A DNA stretch of 61,972 nucleotides, filler included, from Nitrospinae bacterium RIFCSPLOWO2_12_FULL_45_22 (lineage in GTDB: Bacteria; 2-12-FULL-45-22): assembly GCA_001803565.1 (NCBI GenBank). It is 6 parts of 6 records of this genome, joined end to end, with 100 filler letters (N's around TTAATTAATTAA, not from the genome) between each part and the next. Parts side by side here need not be neighbours in the genome. Positions count along the whole stretch, not along the records: positions 19,594 to 29,213 come from MHDQ01000012.1; positions 29,314 to 38,913 come from MHDQ01000013.1; 4 more parts are not named here. One strand, written 5' to 3'. The notes beneath the pieces were generated by a model, which did no database searches, was not told where the DNA came from, and was given only the letters and a program-made list of their open reading frames with translations. The position numbers and the translations under genes are program-made. Every line of letters starts with the position of its first letter. Position 1 is the first letter of the stretch. Shown one piece after another: positions 19,800-29,460 of the stretch.

Positions 19800-20615
19800 T
19801 TATGGCTTTTTCGCATATATAAGGGTTTCGGGTGTTTCTTTTTCCGTAAGACTCAGGACATATATGGTCAGGGCCTTGGCCTCTTCGTCTGAAAGACCCA
19901 GGTTAGGCATCTCTGAGTCAGGATTAAATACCTGCGGGTCTTTGAGATGCATAAATTGCCAATCTGCCTGGGTCAACTTTGGGCTATCATATTTACCGAA
20001 ATCGAACTCATGCCTCTTTTTATCCCCTTCATTAGTAAGGTCCGGGGCATCTTTTTCTCCTTCACCCCGGAGGCTATGGCAACCCAGGCATTCATACTGG
20101 GCAAATAACTCCTTACCCTTTAAAAGTAGTGGGGCATCTTTTATCAATTCCTGGTCTTGATGGCACTTGCTACAGGATGCCTGCACATAATCACTTTTCA
20201 ATATTGGGTACTGCCAGTTCTCCCGCTCGCCATGGGCATCTGCTACCGTAGTAGCCAATCCCTGCCCACCATGACAAATAGGACACCCAAAGTCTTCCGG
20301 TGGGTGCTGGTAGGGGTTTGGATGGGCTTTATAGGGATTATCCTCAAAGCCCGCTTCGGTATTGTCAAATCCCAGGTGACAGGTAGTACAGCGATCCACA
20401 ATATCGGTACCAGGGATCATAATTTGATTTATTTTATACCTAAGCGGCTCCATGGGGCCTTTTCCTCCCCGTGCCATTGCCTGGCTATATTCCATCTGGT
20501 AATACCTCTTTTGATATTTTTTCCACTCTCTATTGGTATCTCTCCCTACCGTGAGGCCAAAGAGCACCAGAGAGCCTAAACCCAAAAGAGCAAAATCCCA
20601 GTTTTTTATCCTCAT
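19800..20615 (-). CDS. Tetraheme cytochrome c subunit of a Rieske/cyt b complex
   Basis: N-terminal TM; CTTCH, CPICH, CSKCH, CLGCH. Confidence 0.88.
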   Translation of the reverse strand: MRIKNWDFALLGLGSLVLFGLTVGRDTNREWKKYQKRYYQMEYSQAMARGGKGPMEPLRYKINQIMIPGTDIVDRCTTCHLGFDNTEAGFEDNPYKAHPNPYQHPPEDFGCPICHGGQGLATTVADAHGERENWQYPILKSDYVQASCSKCHQDQELIKDAPLLLKGKELFAQYECLGCHSLRGEGEKDAPDLTNEGDKKRHEFDFGKYDSPKLTQADWQFMHLKDPQVFNPDSEMPNLGLSDEEAKALTIYVLSLTEKETPETLIYAKKP

Positions 20616-20635
20616 ATTTTATCCTCTTATATTCC

Positions 20636-20714
20636 CTCGACTTTGTCACATTAGCCAAACTGTAAAAAAATTGGCTAATTCTTACGGGTATCCAATAAAT
20701 GTGACAAGGTTAAA
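20636..20714. mobile_element. Small MITE (TTGTCACAT family)
   Basis: CTCGACTTTGTCACATT / AATGTGACAAGGTTAAA; same ends at 41016-41199. Confidence 0.6.
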
Positions 20715-20794
20715 TTAACGCAGGCTAAAGCCTGCAACTACCCCAAAACCGCATTATTAAAATGAAAATTCCTATGCAATCAAGTTACTTTTGC

Positions 20795-22057
20795 CTAATG
20801 CTTAGGCCATTCCTGCCAGGGCCAATACCAACCCCAGTTAGGGCCCCTAAGATAAGTGCCAATAATAGTAAGGATAACAGCCGTCAGTACAAAGATAGAA
20901 AAAAGTATTATTGCCAGTTTCCTCTCCCGGGAGAACCATACCCCTACACCGCTGGGGTTCCTGTCTATAAAAGGGATCAGGATAATCCCTATGACCGCCA
21001 GGGCGGGAGCGAGTACCCCACCAAGAAAGGCCGAGTAGCTTACTAATTCCTGTAGACCCAGGAAATACCAGGGGGCTTTAGCCGGGTTGGGGGTATGTTC
21101 CGGGTCAGCCAATTCCTCCAGGGGGGCATTAAAAAAGAAGGAAAAGACATGAAGGATAATCATGATGAGCATGGCATATTTAATTTCTTTATAAACCAGG
21201 TTAGGAAAGGTAAACTCTGTATCTTCCGGCTCTTTTTCGACCATCGGGGTCGGCCCTTTAACCAGCCCCATCAGCCCATAAGTCTTTAGGGGAGCCGGAG
21301 CGGCTTCTTCCTCTGCTCCTACCTCCTCTATGGGCGGCCCAGAAATCCCCCCATCCTTTCGTATCCGCCAGAAATGTATGGCCAAAAAAGTACCCATCAA
21401 TACCGGCAGGATAGTCACATGGAGGACATAAAAGCGCATCAGGGCATTCTGCCCCACGATATTACCACCCAGCAGGGCATAGCGGATTTTAGGCCCCAGG
21501 ATAGGGGCATAACTCGCTATATTCGTGCCTACAGTTATGGCCCAAAAGGCCAACTGGTCCCAGGGGAGAAGGTACCCAGTAAAGCTAAGGAATAGGGTTA
21601 GTAATAACAGCACTACCCCTATCCCCCAATTAAACTCCCGGGGTCTTTTATAACCGCCAGTATAAAACACCCGACACATATGAAAGAAAACGACTAAGAC
21701 CATTAGATGGGCTGACCAGCGGTGTAGATTCCTCAATAAGAGACCATACGAAATCACAAACTCTAAATCTTTCATATTGTTGTATGCTTCCTTAGTAGAA
21801 GGGACATAGTAAATCATTAGCAAAATGCCGGTTACCGTCAACACGAGAAAGAGAAAAAAGGAGAGCCCGCCTAATCCTAAAGTATAAGTAAACTTCAGGG
21901 CATGCCTTCTAACCTTCGCAGGGTGTAAGTGGAGGAAAAAATTACTCGAGATAGCTAATGACTGGTTACGTTCTGTGGGGGCATAGCCATGCCGGAAAAT
22001 AGATCGCCAGACCTGAGTCTCCCTTAGTCCTTTTATAAGGTCATTGAATTTTGCCAT
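20795..22057 (-). CDS. petB: Cytochrome b (b6 + subunit IV fused)
   Basis: [42 protein letters not shown]. Confidence 0.92.
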   Translation of the reverse strand: MAKFNDLIKGLRETQVWRSIFRHGYAPTERNQSLAISSNFFLHLHPAKVRRHALKFTYTLGLGGLSFFLFLVLTVTGILLMIYYVPSTKEAYNNMKDLEFVISYGLLLRNLHRWSAHLMVLVVFFHMCRVFYTGGYKRPREFNWGIGVVLLLLTLFLSFTGYLLPWDQLAFWAITVGTNIASYAPILGPKIRYALLGGNIVGQNALMRFYVLHVTILPVLMGTFLAIHFWRIRKDGGISGPPIEEVGAEEEAAPAPLKTYGLMGLVKGPTPMVEKEPEDTEFTFPNLVYKEIKYAMLIMIILHVFSFFFNAPLEELADPEHTPNPAKAPWYFLGLQELVSYSAFLGGVLAPALAVIGIILIPFIDRNPSGVGVWFSRERKLAIILFSIFVLTAVILTIIGTYLRGPNWGWYWPWQEWPKH

Positions 22058-22075
22058 ATCTAACCCTATCTCCTC

Positions 22076-22540
22076 CTAAACTTTTAGCTTATAGCCGGTC
22101 TCGACAAACTTGGCAACATCAATCACCAGTTCCCCTTTTCGCGTAAGGGCAATAGAGAGCCAATCCAAGGGCTTTGGGGCTGGCCCGGAGAGCACAAAGC
22201 CATTGGCATCGAAGACACTACCATGACAGGGACAGAAAAAGCCCTTCTTTTCCTGCCGCACAGTACATCCCAAGTGGGTACATACGGCCGAGAGGGCACG
22301 GAAGCCTCCATTGTCCCTAAAGACAAAGACTCTTTTTTCTGCCAGAAAAGTTACGGAATCGCTGGGATAATCTTCTGGCCGACCTGCCCTAAAAGTAGTG
22401 GCTGGTTCATATAAGACATTAGGGAAGATAAATTTTACTGTCTCTTCGATCATCCCGGCAAATACAGGAAACAGAGTTCCCCAGCCGATCCAGAGCATAA
22501 AATCCCGCCGTTTTATTTTGCCTCCTTTCTCTTCTGGCAT
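22076..22540 (-). CDS. petC: Rieske 2Fe-2S protein
   Basis: Tat-like KRRDF, CTHLGC, CPCHGS, GPAP. Confidence 0.95.
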   Translation of the reverse strand: MPEEKGGKIKRRDFMLWIGWGTLFPVFAGMIEETVKFIFPNVLYEPATTFRAGRPEDYPSDSVTFLAEKRVFVFRDNGGFRALSAVCTHLGCTVRQEKKGFFCPCHGSVFDANGFVLSGPAPKPLDWLSIALTRKGELVIDVAKFVETGYKLKV

Positions 22541-22603
22541 TAGCTATTCCCTCCTGTTATTTCAGGTCATTAGGTTATTGGGTCATTAGGTCATTGAATA
22601 ACC

Positions 22604-22817
22604 GTAAATGTTTAGCCAACTAAAGTCTTCTAAAAATAAGCCGCAAAAATGCGCAAAAAGAACAAAAACAATATGAACCACAAAGCCACAAAGAACACCA
22701 AGAAAAAGAAGGGTGGCATCTCGAGGATGGTCAATTGAATTCTTTGTGTCCTTGGTGTCTTTGTAGTTATAAACTTAACCAGAATTTTCTTGTGCCTTTT
22801 TGTGGCTAAACTATTAC
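22604..22817. mobile_element. MITE with 8-bp TSD inserted into an older palindrome
   Basis: TIRs GTAAATGTTTAGCC / GGCTAAACTATTAC; GAATAACC at 22596-22603 and 22818-22825; outer arms GGTCATTAGG / CCTAATGACC. Confidence 0.85.
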
Positions 22818-22840
22818 GAATAACCTAATCACCTAATGAC

Positions 22841-24757
22841 CTAATAACCCATTGATTGGATTACTTCCTCCTCAAATTCGAATAACTCCAGAGTAATAGC
22901 CCCGGTGGGGCAACGCTGCTGACATAAACCGCACCGGATACACAGAGTCTCATCTTTAATAATAGCCGTCCCCATATCTGACAGATTATCTCTATCAGTT
23001 ATTCCTTTCAAATTAATACCATAGCGGGTTTCAATCAGTTCCTCTAAATCTTTATCTCCCGATATGTCCCCCAATTTAACTAACTTTAGACAGTTATAAG
23101 GACAGACATCTACACAGCCGCCGCAAAGGATGCATTTTTCGCTATCAAAGATAGTATTGATAGCACATTTTAGACACCTCTTACCCTCCAGGGTCGCCGT
23201 CTCATTATCGTAGCCTAGCTCTACTTCATCAATGCCCATACGGCGGTTAAGGGGGGTTACTGATACCTTCTGTCTTGGTATAGTATCATAGTCCTCATAC
23301 TTACTCCGGGCAGGGACTATCTTCATGGACCAGGTGGTCTTTCTTCGCTCTAAGCCTGTAATATAGCGATCAATGGCCCTGGCCGCCTTTTGCCCATCAG
23401 CTACCGCCTCAATCACTAACCTGGGCCCAAAAGCCACATCACCGCCAGCAAATATCCCTGGGCTTGAAGTCTCCAAAGTTACAGGATTAATCTCTACCAA
23501 ACCCCTTTTTGATGCCTTTATCCCGTCCTCTTCTTTTATAAACGAGAGATCCGAGGCCTGGCCAATAGCCAGGATTATAGAGTCGGCTTCTATAACCTTT
23601 TCCGTGTGGGAGATAAAGGTTGGATTAAATCTCCCCTCGCTGTCGAACACCGAGGCCACATCCAGGGTCTCTAACCCTGCTACCCGGCCATTTCTACCCA
23701 GTATCCGTTTAGGCCCTCTTGAGGTATGGATAATAATCCCTTCTTCTTCCGCCTCTTCTACTTCCCATTCATGGGCGGGCATCTCCGCGCGGGATTCCAG
23801 ACATGCCATATGTACCTCCTCCGCCCCTAACCGCAAGGCTGTCCTGGCAGCATCGGCTGCTATACTGAGGACTTCTTCTTCCGGCAACGTCTCAATCTTC
23901 CTCCGCTCTATAACTCTTCGGGCAATATCCATCAATGTCTGCAGCTCCCCCTCGCCCCGTCGGATAGCCGACCTTGCTACATCAATAGCTACATTCCCAC
24001 CACCAATGACTACTACTCGGGCCCCTAGATCAATCTTATAGCCAAGATTTACATTAAGGAGAAAGTCTACTCCATTAAGGACACCATCCAACTCTGTACC
24101 TTCTATCCTCAAGTCCCGGCTTTTATGGGCGCCAATAGACAAAAATATCGCCTTGAAACCTTGCTCCCGTAAATCTTTAACAAAAAAATCCTGGCCGAGT
24201 CTTACCCCGGTAACCAGATTCACCCCTAAATCCAATATTGCATCAATATCCTGCTGGATGATCTTCCGGGGCAACCGGTATTCAGGAATCCCTAAATATA
24301 GCATCCCGCCTGGCTTAGGATGGGCTTCAAAGATAGTGACCTGGTAACCCAGTTTAGCCAGCTCATGGGCACAGGAGAGGCCTGCGGGCCCTGCTCCCAC
24401 AATAGCTACCTTTTCTCCCTTTAATTCTAAGGGCCGTACTGCCAACTGATATCCTGTCTGATGCCGGTCAGTAGCGGCGCGCTTTAAGGCGCGGATAGAG
24501 ATAGGCTCATCCAAAAAGCCCCTTCGGCAGGCATCTTCACAAGGGTGGGCACATATCCGACCACAGACATAGACAAAGGGATTGGGCTTTCTCGCTAAGG
24601 TAAAGGCCTCTTCAAACTTCCTCTCTCCAATAGCGGTTACATAGCCGCCGGAATGGGTATGGACCGGACAGGCTTCCTGGCAAGGGATATTCTTCTTAAA
24701 ATATTCCAAGTCCGGAATCTTTACCTGATATGTTCTTTTCTTCCTATCTTTCTCCAT
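22841..24757 (-). CDS. FAD/NAD(P)-dependent oxidoreductase with FeS clusters (GltD/SudA-like + 2x[4Fe-4S])
   Basis: PCQEACP, CGRICAHPCE, GAGPAG, GGGNVA, CILCGGCVDVCP, CIRCGLCQQRCP. Confidence 0.9.
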   Translation of the reverse strand: MEKDRKKRTYQVKIPDLEYFKKNIPCQEACPVHTHSGGYVTAIGERKFEEAFTLARKPNPFVYVCGRICAHPCEDACRRGFLDEPISIRALKRAATDRHQTGYQLAVRPLELKGEKVAIVGAGPAGLSCAHELAKLGYQVTIFEAHPKPGGMLYLGIPEYRLPRKIIQQDIDAILDLGVNLVTGVRLGQDFFVKDLREQGFKAIFLSIGAHKSRDLRIEGTELDGVLNGVDFLLNVNLGYKIDLGARVVVIGGGNVAIDVARSAIRRGEGELQTLMDIARRVIERRKIETLPEEEVLSIAADAARTALRLGAEEVHMACLESRAEMPAHEWEVEEAEEEGIIIHTSRGPKRILGRNGRVAGLETLDVASVFDSEGRFNPTFISHTEKVIEADSIILAIGQASDLSFIKEEDGIKASKRGLVEINPVTLETSSPGIFAGGDVAFGPRLVIEAVADGQKAARAIDRYITGLERRKTTWSMKIVPARSKYEDYDTIPRQKVSVTPLNRRMGIDEVELGYDNETATLEGKRCLKCAINTIFDSEKCILCGGCVDVCPYNCLKLVKLGDISGDKDLEELIETRYGINLKGITDRDNLSDMGTAIIKDETLCIRCGLCQQRCPTGAITLELFEFEEEVIQSMGY

Positions 24758-25061
24758 TTTTCTCCAGAAAATAACCGCATCCCTTTTTATTTTTTTATTT
24801 TGATCAGAAAAAGCTTTTATTTAGTATTAATATATCACCATATATCACCCCTGGACATTCTTAAAAAGGGAATATTTTTCTTCCCCTCTCTCCCGGAGAA
24901 CGCGGGCTCGCAGTGACTCTGCGGTGAAGACCCTATAAGCTTATTTAACCTTACTCAATTTCCATTCGGGCTGGGCTAGGAGACCCACCTTAGCCCAAGC
25001 GGGTAGGATCGGGTCTCCTGACCCGATCCATAAATGGGGAATAAGGGTTATATAGTTCTTG

Positions 25062-26000
25062 CTAGGGTGCAATCTTGGGCAATGTTTGCCCATATGTCAG
25101 AATATCATTTTGATCAGTAATGGACAAACCATTATTTACTGCCGAGGGCATCGTTGGACTGCTACCTGGGTGTCCAAAGCGGATCTTTTGCAAGGTCTCC
25201 CAGGGATTGTCATTGGCAACGTCACCAACACCCTCGGTACCATCAAATTTAATAGCCGTACCATCGGCACCGTGACACATGATACACTGTCCCCCACCGG
25301 TCCCGGTATTCTCATATAAAGTCTTGCCCTTTGTTACATCACCGGTAGCGGACTTCTTTTGCGTGCCATTAAAGATAACATACTTATCCATCTCAACTAA
25401 GCTTTCTTTAATAAACCGGGTGAGGTCCCAAATATCCTGCTCAGAGAGAGAAAGGTTGTGTTTGGTGATTATAGCAAAGAGATGGGCGGCATTCATATTT
25501 CTCGCCTCATAGACCCCTTTGATACCGGTATAGTGGCTACCACTAACATAGGCCCCATCCTTACCTTTATAATCCCAGCCGTGGCATTCTTTACAGCGCC
25601 AGGTATCTTTACCAGACTGTTTCCCGGTCGAGGGATAGAAAGGATGATTACTTGTAGGTTCAGCTTGACCATTTATCTTCCACCACTTATCATACAAAAC
25701 TCCTCCCCGTACCGCATCTGCCGTCGCTAACTTTGATTCATTAATAGTAACAACCGAGGTTGGCAGGACAGGCTCAAACTTCAGGGTGGTCTCATTAAAT
25801 TTGAAATCGAGATTATAGGTAATTCCTGGCGTGCCCGAATAAATCAGGCCAAAAACCCGAATGGTGTCTGCATCAGCCGGGGAGACGTCTGACTTGGACC
25901 AATCAAGAACACCGGCAAAGGCCCCACCTCCTGAAATGACTAACATCCCTAAAACCATAACAAAAAAGGCTTTCATCTTCATCTTACTTCCTCCTTTCAT
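25062..26000 (-). CDS. Secreted diheme cytochrome c
   Basis: Signal peptide (..GGAFA), RGGVLYDKWW, CKECH, CIMCH. Confidence 0.88.
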   Translation of the reverse strand: MKGGSKMKMKAFFVMVLGMLVISGGGAFAGVLDWSKSDVSPADADTIRVFGLIYSGTPGITYNLDFKFNETTLKFEPVLPTSVVTINESKLATADAVRGGVLYDKWWKINGQAEPTSNHPFYPSTGKQSGKDTWRCKECHGWDYKGKDGAYVSGSHYTGIKGVYEARNMNAAHLFAIITKHNLSLSEQDIWDLTRFIKESLVEMDKYVIFNGTQKKSATGDVTKGKTLYENTGTGGGQCIMCHGADGTAIKFDGTEGVGDVANDNPWETLQKIRFGHPGSSPTMPSAVNNGLSITDQNDILTYGQTLPKIAP

Positions 26001-26202
26001 GATTTCTTGCTCATTTTGGTTATACTATAGCAGTATACATCTAAAAACCCCTCCTTGATTACCTTTTTTATCACCTCCCTTTACCCTGTTTGCTCTTATA
26101 CACCTTAACTCCCCGGATAAATTGCCCGCTTTGTACTCTTGCCCGTAACTCCTCACCTCCTCGGGGCCTCTTTGCAAGAGAGATAATGTCTGCCCTTAGT
26201 GA

Positions 26203-26217
26203 GCAAAAGTTGTGCCA
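26203..26217 (-). promoter_or_regulatory. sigma54 -24/-12 promoter of the cytochrome cluster
   Basis: TGGCACAACTTTTGC. Confidence 0.85.
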
Positions 26218-26390
26218 GAAGAAGGAACGGAGCTATCAGAACCTTTAGAGAGAGTCCCTGGAATATGAGCCGGGCTGGGGCGTTATTTTCTCTGACATAT
26301 TCTCCAACTGTGACTTTATGCTCTTTATCTATGGGTTCTCAATACCTAATATTTCATTTAGTAGAGATGTATAAAAGATTTATTCGAGTG

Positions 26391-26426
26391 TGGGATAATT
26401 CGCAGTAGGATGGGGGAAAACTCGCA
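26391..26426. promoter_or_regulatory. Candidate tandem enhancer (UAS) for the adjacent sigma54 activator
   Basis: TGGGATAATTCGCA and GGGAAAACTCGCA, about 175-210 bp upstream of the -24 box. Confidence 0.45.
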
Positions 26427-26436
26427 GGTGGAGATA

Positions 26437-26772
26437 CTAGCTCTTCTTCGAAGGGTTCAAATCTATCATCTTGATATCTCTAGCATTATCCCTTAAATAA
26501 GAGGTGGTGTGGAGGACTTTTAATCCTTTTAACTGACTCATGATCTTCTTTATCTTCTCAGCCTCTTGTCTTATGTTAACCAGCACCTCTTTTGCCTCAG
26601 CCGGAAGCCCTTGTTCATTACGCAATAAGACCTCTATCGCCCCTATGATGCCTGCCAGGGGGTTATTGATACCATGACTCAGGGTGACAACTACCTGCTG
26701 GATAGCCGCCAGTTGTTCAACCTCTACCTGCCTATCCTTATCGTCCTGTAATCCCTCTGGGTAATCGCTCAT
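26437..26772 (-). CDS. Stand-alone HisKA/DHp domain protein
   Basis: TLSHGINNPLAGI H-box; no ATPase, sensor or receiver domain; RBS GGAGG. Confidence 0.8.
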   Translation of the reverse strand: MSDYPEGLQDDKDRQVEVEQLAAIQQVVVTLSHGINNPLAGIIGAIEVLLRNEQGLPAEAKEVLVNIRQEAEKIKKIMSQLKGLKVLHTTSYLRDNARDIKMIDLNPSKKS

Positions 26773-26833
26773 TCCCTGGTAAGACCTCCCTCCTATAATT
26801 TATTAAACAGAGAGATGCAGAGACATTAGGGGA

Positions 26834-26848
26834 GCAAAGATTGTGCCA
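26834..26848 (-). promoter_or_regulatory. sigma54 -24/-12 promoter of the HisKA-only gene
   Basis: TGGCACAATCTTTGC. Confidence 0.8.
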
Positions 26849-26888
26849 CAGGTGGGAATAATAGGAGGGGGGACTTGATGCTACTCCA

Positions 26889-28268
26889 TTATCTTAAATT
26901 AAACTTGTCCATCCTATACCGTAATGCATCCCGGCTGATCCGGAGCATCTGGGCAGCCTTGCTCTGATTACCGCCGGTCATTTCTAAGGACTTTCGGATG
27001 ATTTCCTTCTCTATAAGTTCCAGAGATATCCCTCCCCGAGGCAGAGAGAGATTAATCAGGTCAAGGGGTTCGTTGTCCTTACTCCTTTTAAGCGAGCCCG
27101 AAATCTCGCCGGGGAAATCTTCTACCGTTATATAACCCTCTCTATTGAGCAGGATAGCCCGCTCGATCACATTTTTAAGCTCCCTGACATTTCCTGGCCA
27201 ATCATAAGCCAGCAAATATTCCATAGCTTCCCTGATTATTCCCCCTTTCCTGGCCCTATATTCCTTGTTGTAATAATCTATAAAATAATTTACCAGCAAA
27301 GGAATATCCTCATGCCTCTCCCTGAGCGGAGGTAGATGAATGTGCATCACCTTAAGGCGATAGTAAAGGTCTTCCCGGAAACTCCCCTCTCTTACCATGT
27401 TTAAGAGGTCTTTATTGGTTGCCGCGATAATCCGAACATCTATCTCTATATCTCTGGTAGAACCTATCCTCCTTATCTTCTTGTTTTCACACACCTTAAG
27501 TATCTTGGCCTGCATGGGGAGGGGCATGTCTCCTATCTCATCTAGAAACACTGTCCCTGCCTTACCCGTCTCCAGAAGTCCTTTTTTTAGTTCCTTGGCA
27601 TCCGTAAAGGCGCCTTTTTCGTGGCCAAAGAGCTCACTCTCTAATAATGCTTCTGGCAAGGCAGCACAATTTATCTCCATAAAGGGACCATTACCGCGAT
27701 AACTTTGATAATGTATGGCCCTGGCTACCATATCTTTTCCGGTCCCGCTTTCTCCGGTAAGCAATATGGTAACATCTGCCTGGGCTACCTTACTGATCAT
27801 ATCGAAGACCTGGGTCATCTGTTTACTCTTACCAATAATATTAGTATAGCCATAAGTCTTCTCATGAATGGTTCTGAGGTAGGTAAGTTCTTTTTTTATA
27901 ACATTGGCGTCCAGGGCTTTTTGGATCTCGAGCTTTAGTTTCTCGAACTCCAGGGGTTTGGTAACATAATCATAGGCCCCCAATTTTAGGGCCTTGACCG
28001 CAGTATCAACCTCCCCATAGGCAGTCATAACGATAGTTATAATATCTGGGTCTATTTCTTTGATTCCTTTCAGGACCTCGATCCCGGTAACGTCCGGGAG
28101 TCTAACATCCACCAGGACCAAGTCTGGAATCATTTCTTTAACCTTTTCTAAGCCCTCGTTAGCCGAGGCTGCTTCTCCCACCTGGTACCCATGACCACTA
28201 AAATATTTATTGAGTGACCACCGGATCAGTTTGTCATCATCTATGATAAGGATTTTTCCTTTAGGCAT
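26889..28268 (-). CDS. sigma54-dependent response regulator (AtoC/ZraR-like)
   Basis: REC, GESGTGKD, GAFTDA, HTH; start taken at MPKGK. Confidence 0.92.
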   Translation of the reverse strand: MPKGKILIIDDDKLIRWSLNKYFSGHGYQVGEAASANEGLEKVKEMIPDLVLVDVRLPDVTGIEVLKGIKEIDPDIITIVMTAYGEVDTAVKALKLGAYDYVTKPLEFEKLKLEIQKALDANVIKKELTYLRTIHEKTYGYTNIIGKSKQMTQVFDMISKVAQADVTILLTGESGTGKDMVARAIHYQSYRGNGPFMEINCAALPEALLESELFGHEKGAFTDAKELKKGLLETGKAGTVFLDEIGDMPLPMQAKILKVCENKKIRRIGSTRDIEIDVRIIAATNKDLLNMVREGSFREDLYYRLKVMHIHLPPLRERHEDIPLLVNYFIDYYNKEYRARKGGIIREAMEYLLAYDWPGNVRELKNVIERAILLNREGYITVEDFPGEISGSLKRSKDNEPLDLINLSLPRGGISLELIEKEIIRKSLEMTGGNQSKAAQMLRISRDALRYRMDKFNLR

Positions 28269-28290
28269 CCTAACTCCAGACCCCGCTATA

Positions 28291-29213
28291 CTAAAGTTCT
28301 CCCGGGGCAACCGGGGTAAACAATACAAATTCTGCGGCAGGAATTACAATCGTAAAGGTAGTTCCCTTCCCCGCAGTGCTTTCTACTGCTATCTTACCAG
28401 AGTGCTCTTCTACAATCTTTTTTGCATTAGCGAGTCCTAAGCCTGTACCTTTAGCCTTAGTAGTATAAAAGGGGATGAATATCTTCGGTAGAGCCTCTGG
28501 AGAAATGCCTTCCCCATCATCCCTAATAGTCACCCTTACTCCATCCTCTGAAGCAGGTCTCCCATCCCATAGGGTTCCCCTATTTAGATTTGAGGTAGCT
28601 ATCTGGATATTCCCTCCCTGGTGGGCAGCTTGAATAGCATTTAATAAGATATTCAGGAATACATGCCGCATCTGTTCTGTATCTGCCAGAGCCAGGAAAA
28701 GGTTGGGATATAGTTTGAGTTCAAGCTCGATGTCCTTGTCCTTTAAGGGTTGGTTTAGTAACACAATAGTACTGTCCAGGATATCATTCAGATTTACCTG
28801 CATAAGACATGGCTTTGGTGTCTTGGCATAACTGAGCAGGTTATCAATGAAATTGGTCAAGCTCTTGATTTGCGATTGCATCTCTCCAAAAATATCCTTT
28901 TTTGGATCCTCCTCGGCTACTTCCTCTGCCAAAACCTTTAAAGCGCTGCTGATACCTGCCAAAGGAGTCTTGATTTCGTGGGCCAATCGGCTAGCAAGCT
29001 CTCCCAGAGAAGCAAGCCGGTCTGCCCGCAGCATATGTTCCTCATGGTAGCGCATAATTTGTTCCTGGGCCTCTTTGAGCTTCTGGATCATAGAATTAAA
29101 GCACTTTCCTAAACGACCCAATTCATCATTATTGTTTATCTCGATCCTGGCAGATAGGTCCCCTGCCTCTACCCGGCTCATTTTATCCCCTAATTCCTCC
29201 AACGGCTTATCTA
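28291..29213 (-). CDS. HAMP histidine kinase (N-terminus cut)
   Basis: HAMP (DELGRLG..FN.M), HEIKTPL, NAIQA, GTGLGL. Confidence 0.92.
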
Positions 29214-29313
29214 NNNNNNNNNNNNNNNNNNNNNNNNNNNNNNNNNNNNNNNNNNNNTTAATTAATTAANNNNNNNNNNNNNNNNNNNNNNNNNNNNNNN
29301 NNNNNNNNNNNNN
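29214..29313. other. Artificial contig linker
   Basis: N-run with TTAATTAATTAA. Confidence 0.99.
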
Positions 29314-29460
29314 CGTCTGATTCAGCAATCTTTAGCAACTCATGCAAAGCCAATAAAAATAAACTGTTAACACTTAACATGAGCGAAGCAGATAGGCAGT
29401 TAAAGTAAATTAAAGAAACTGGGGCCCTTACCCGGAGTGGTTCTACAAAAACCAAGAATT

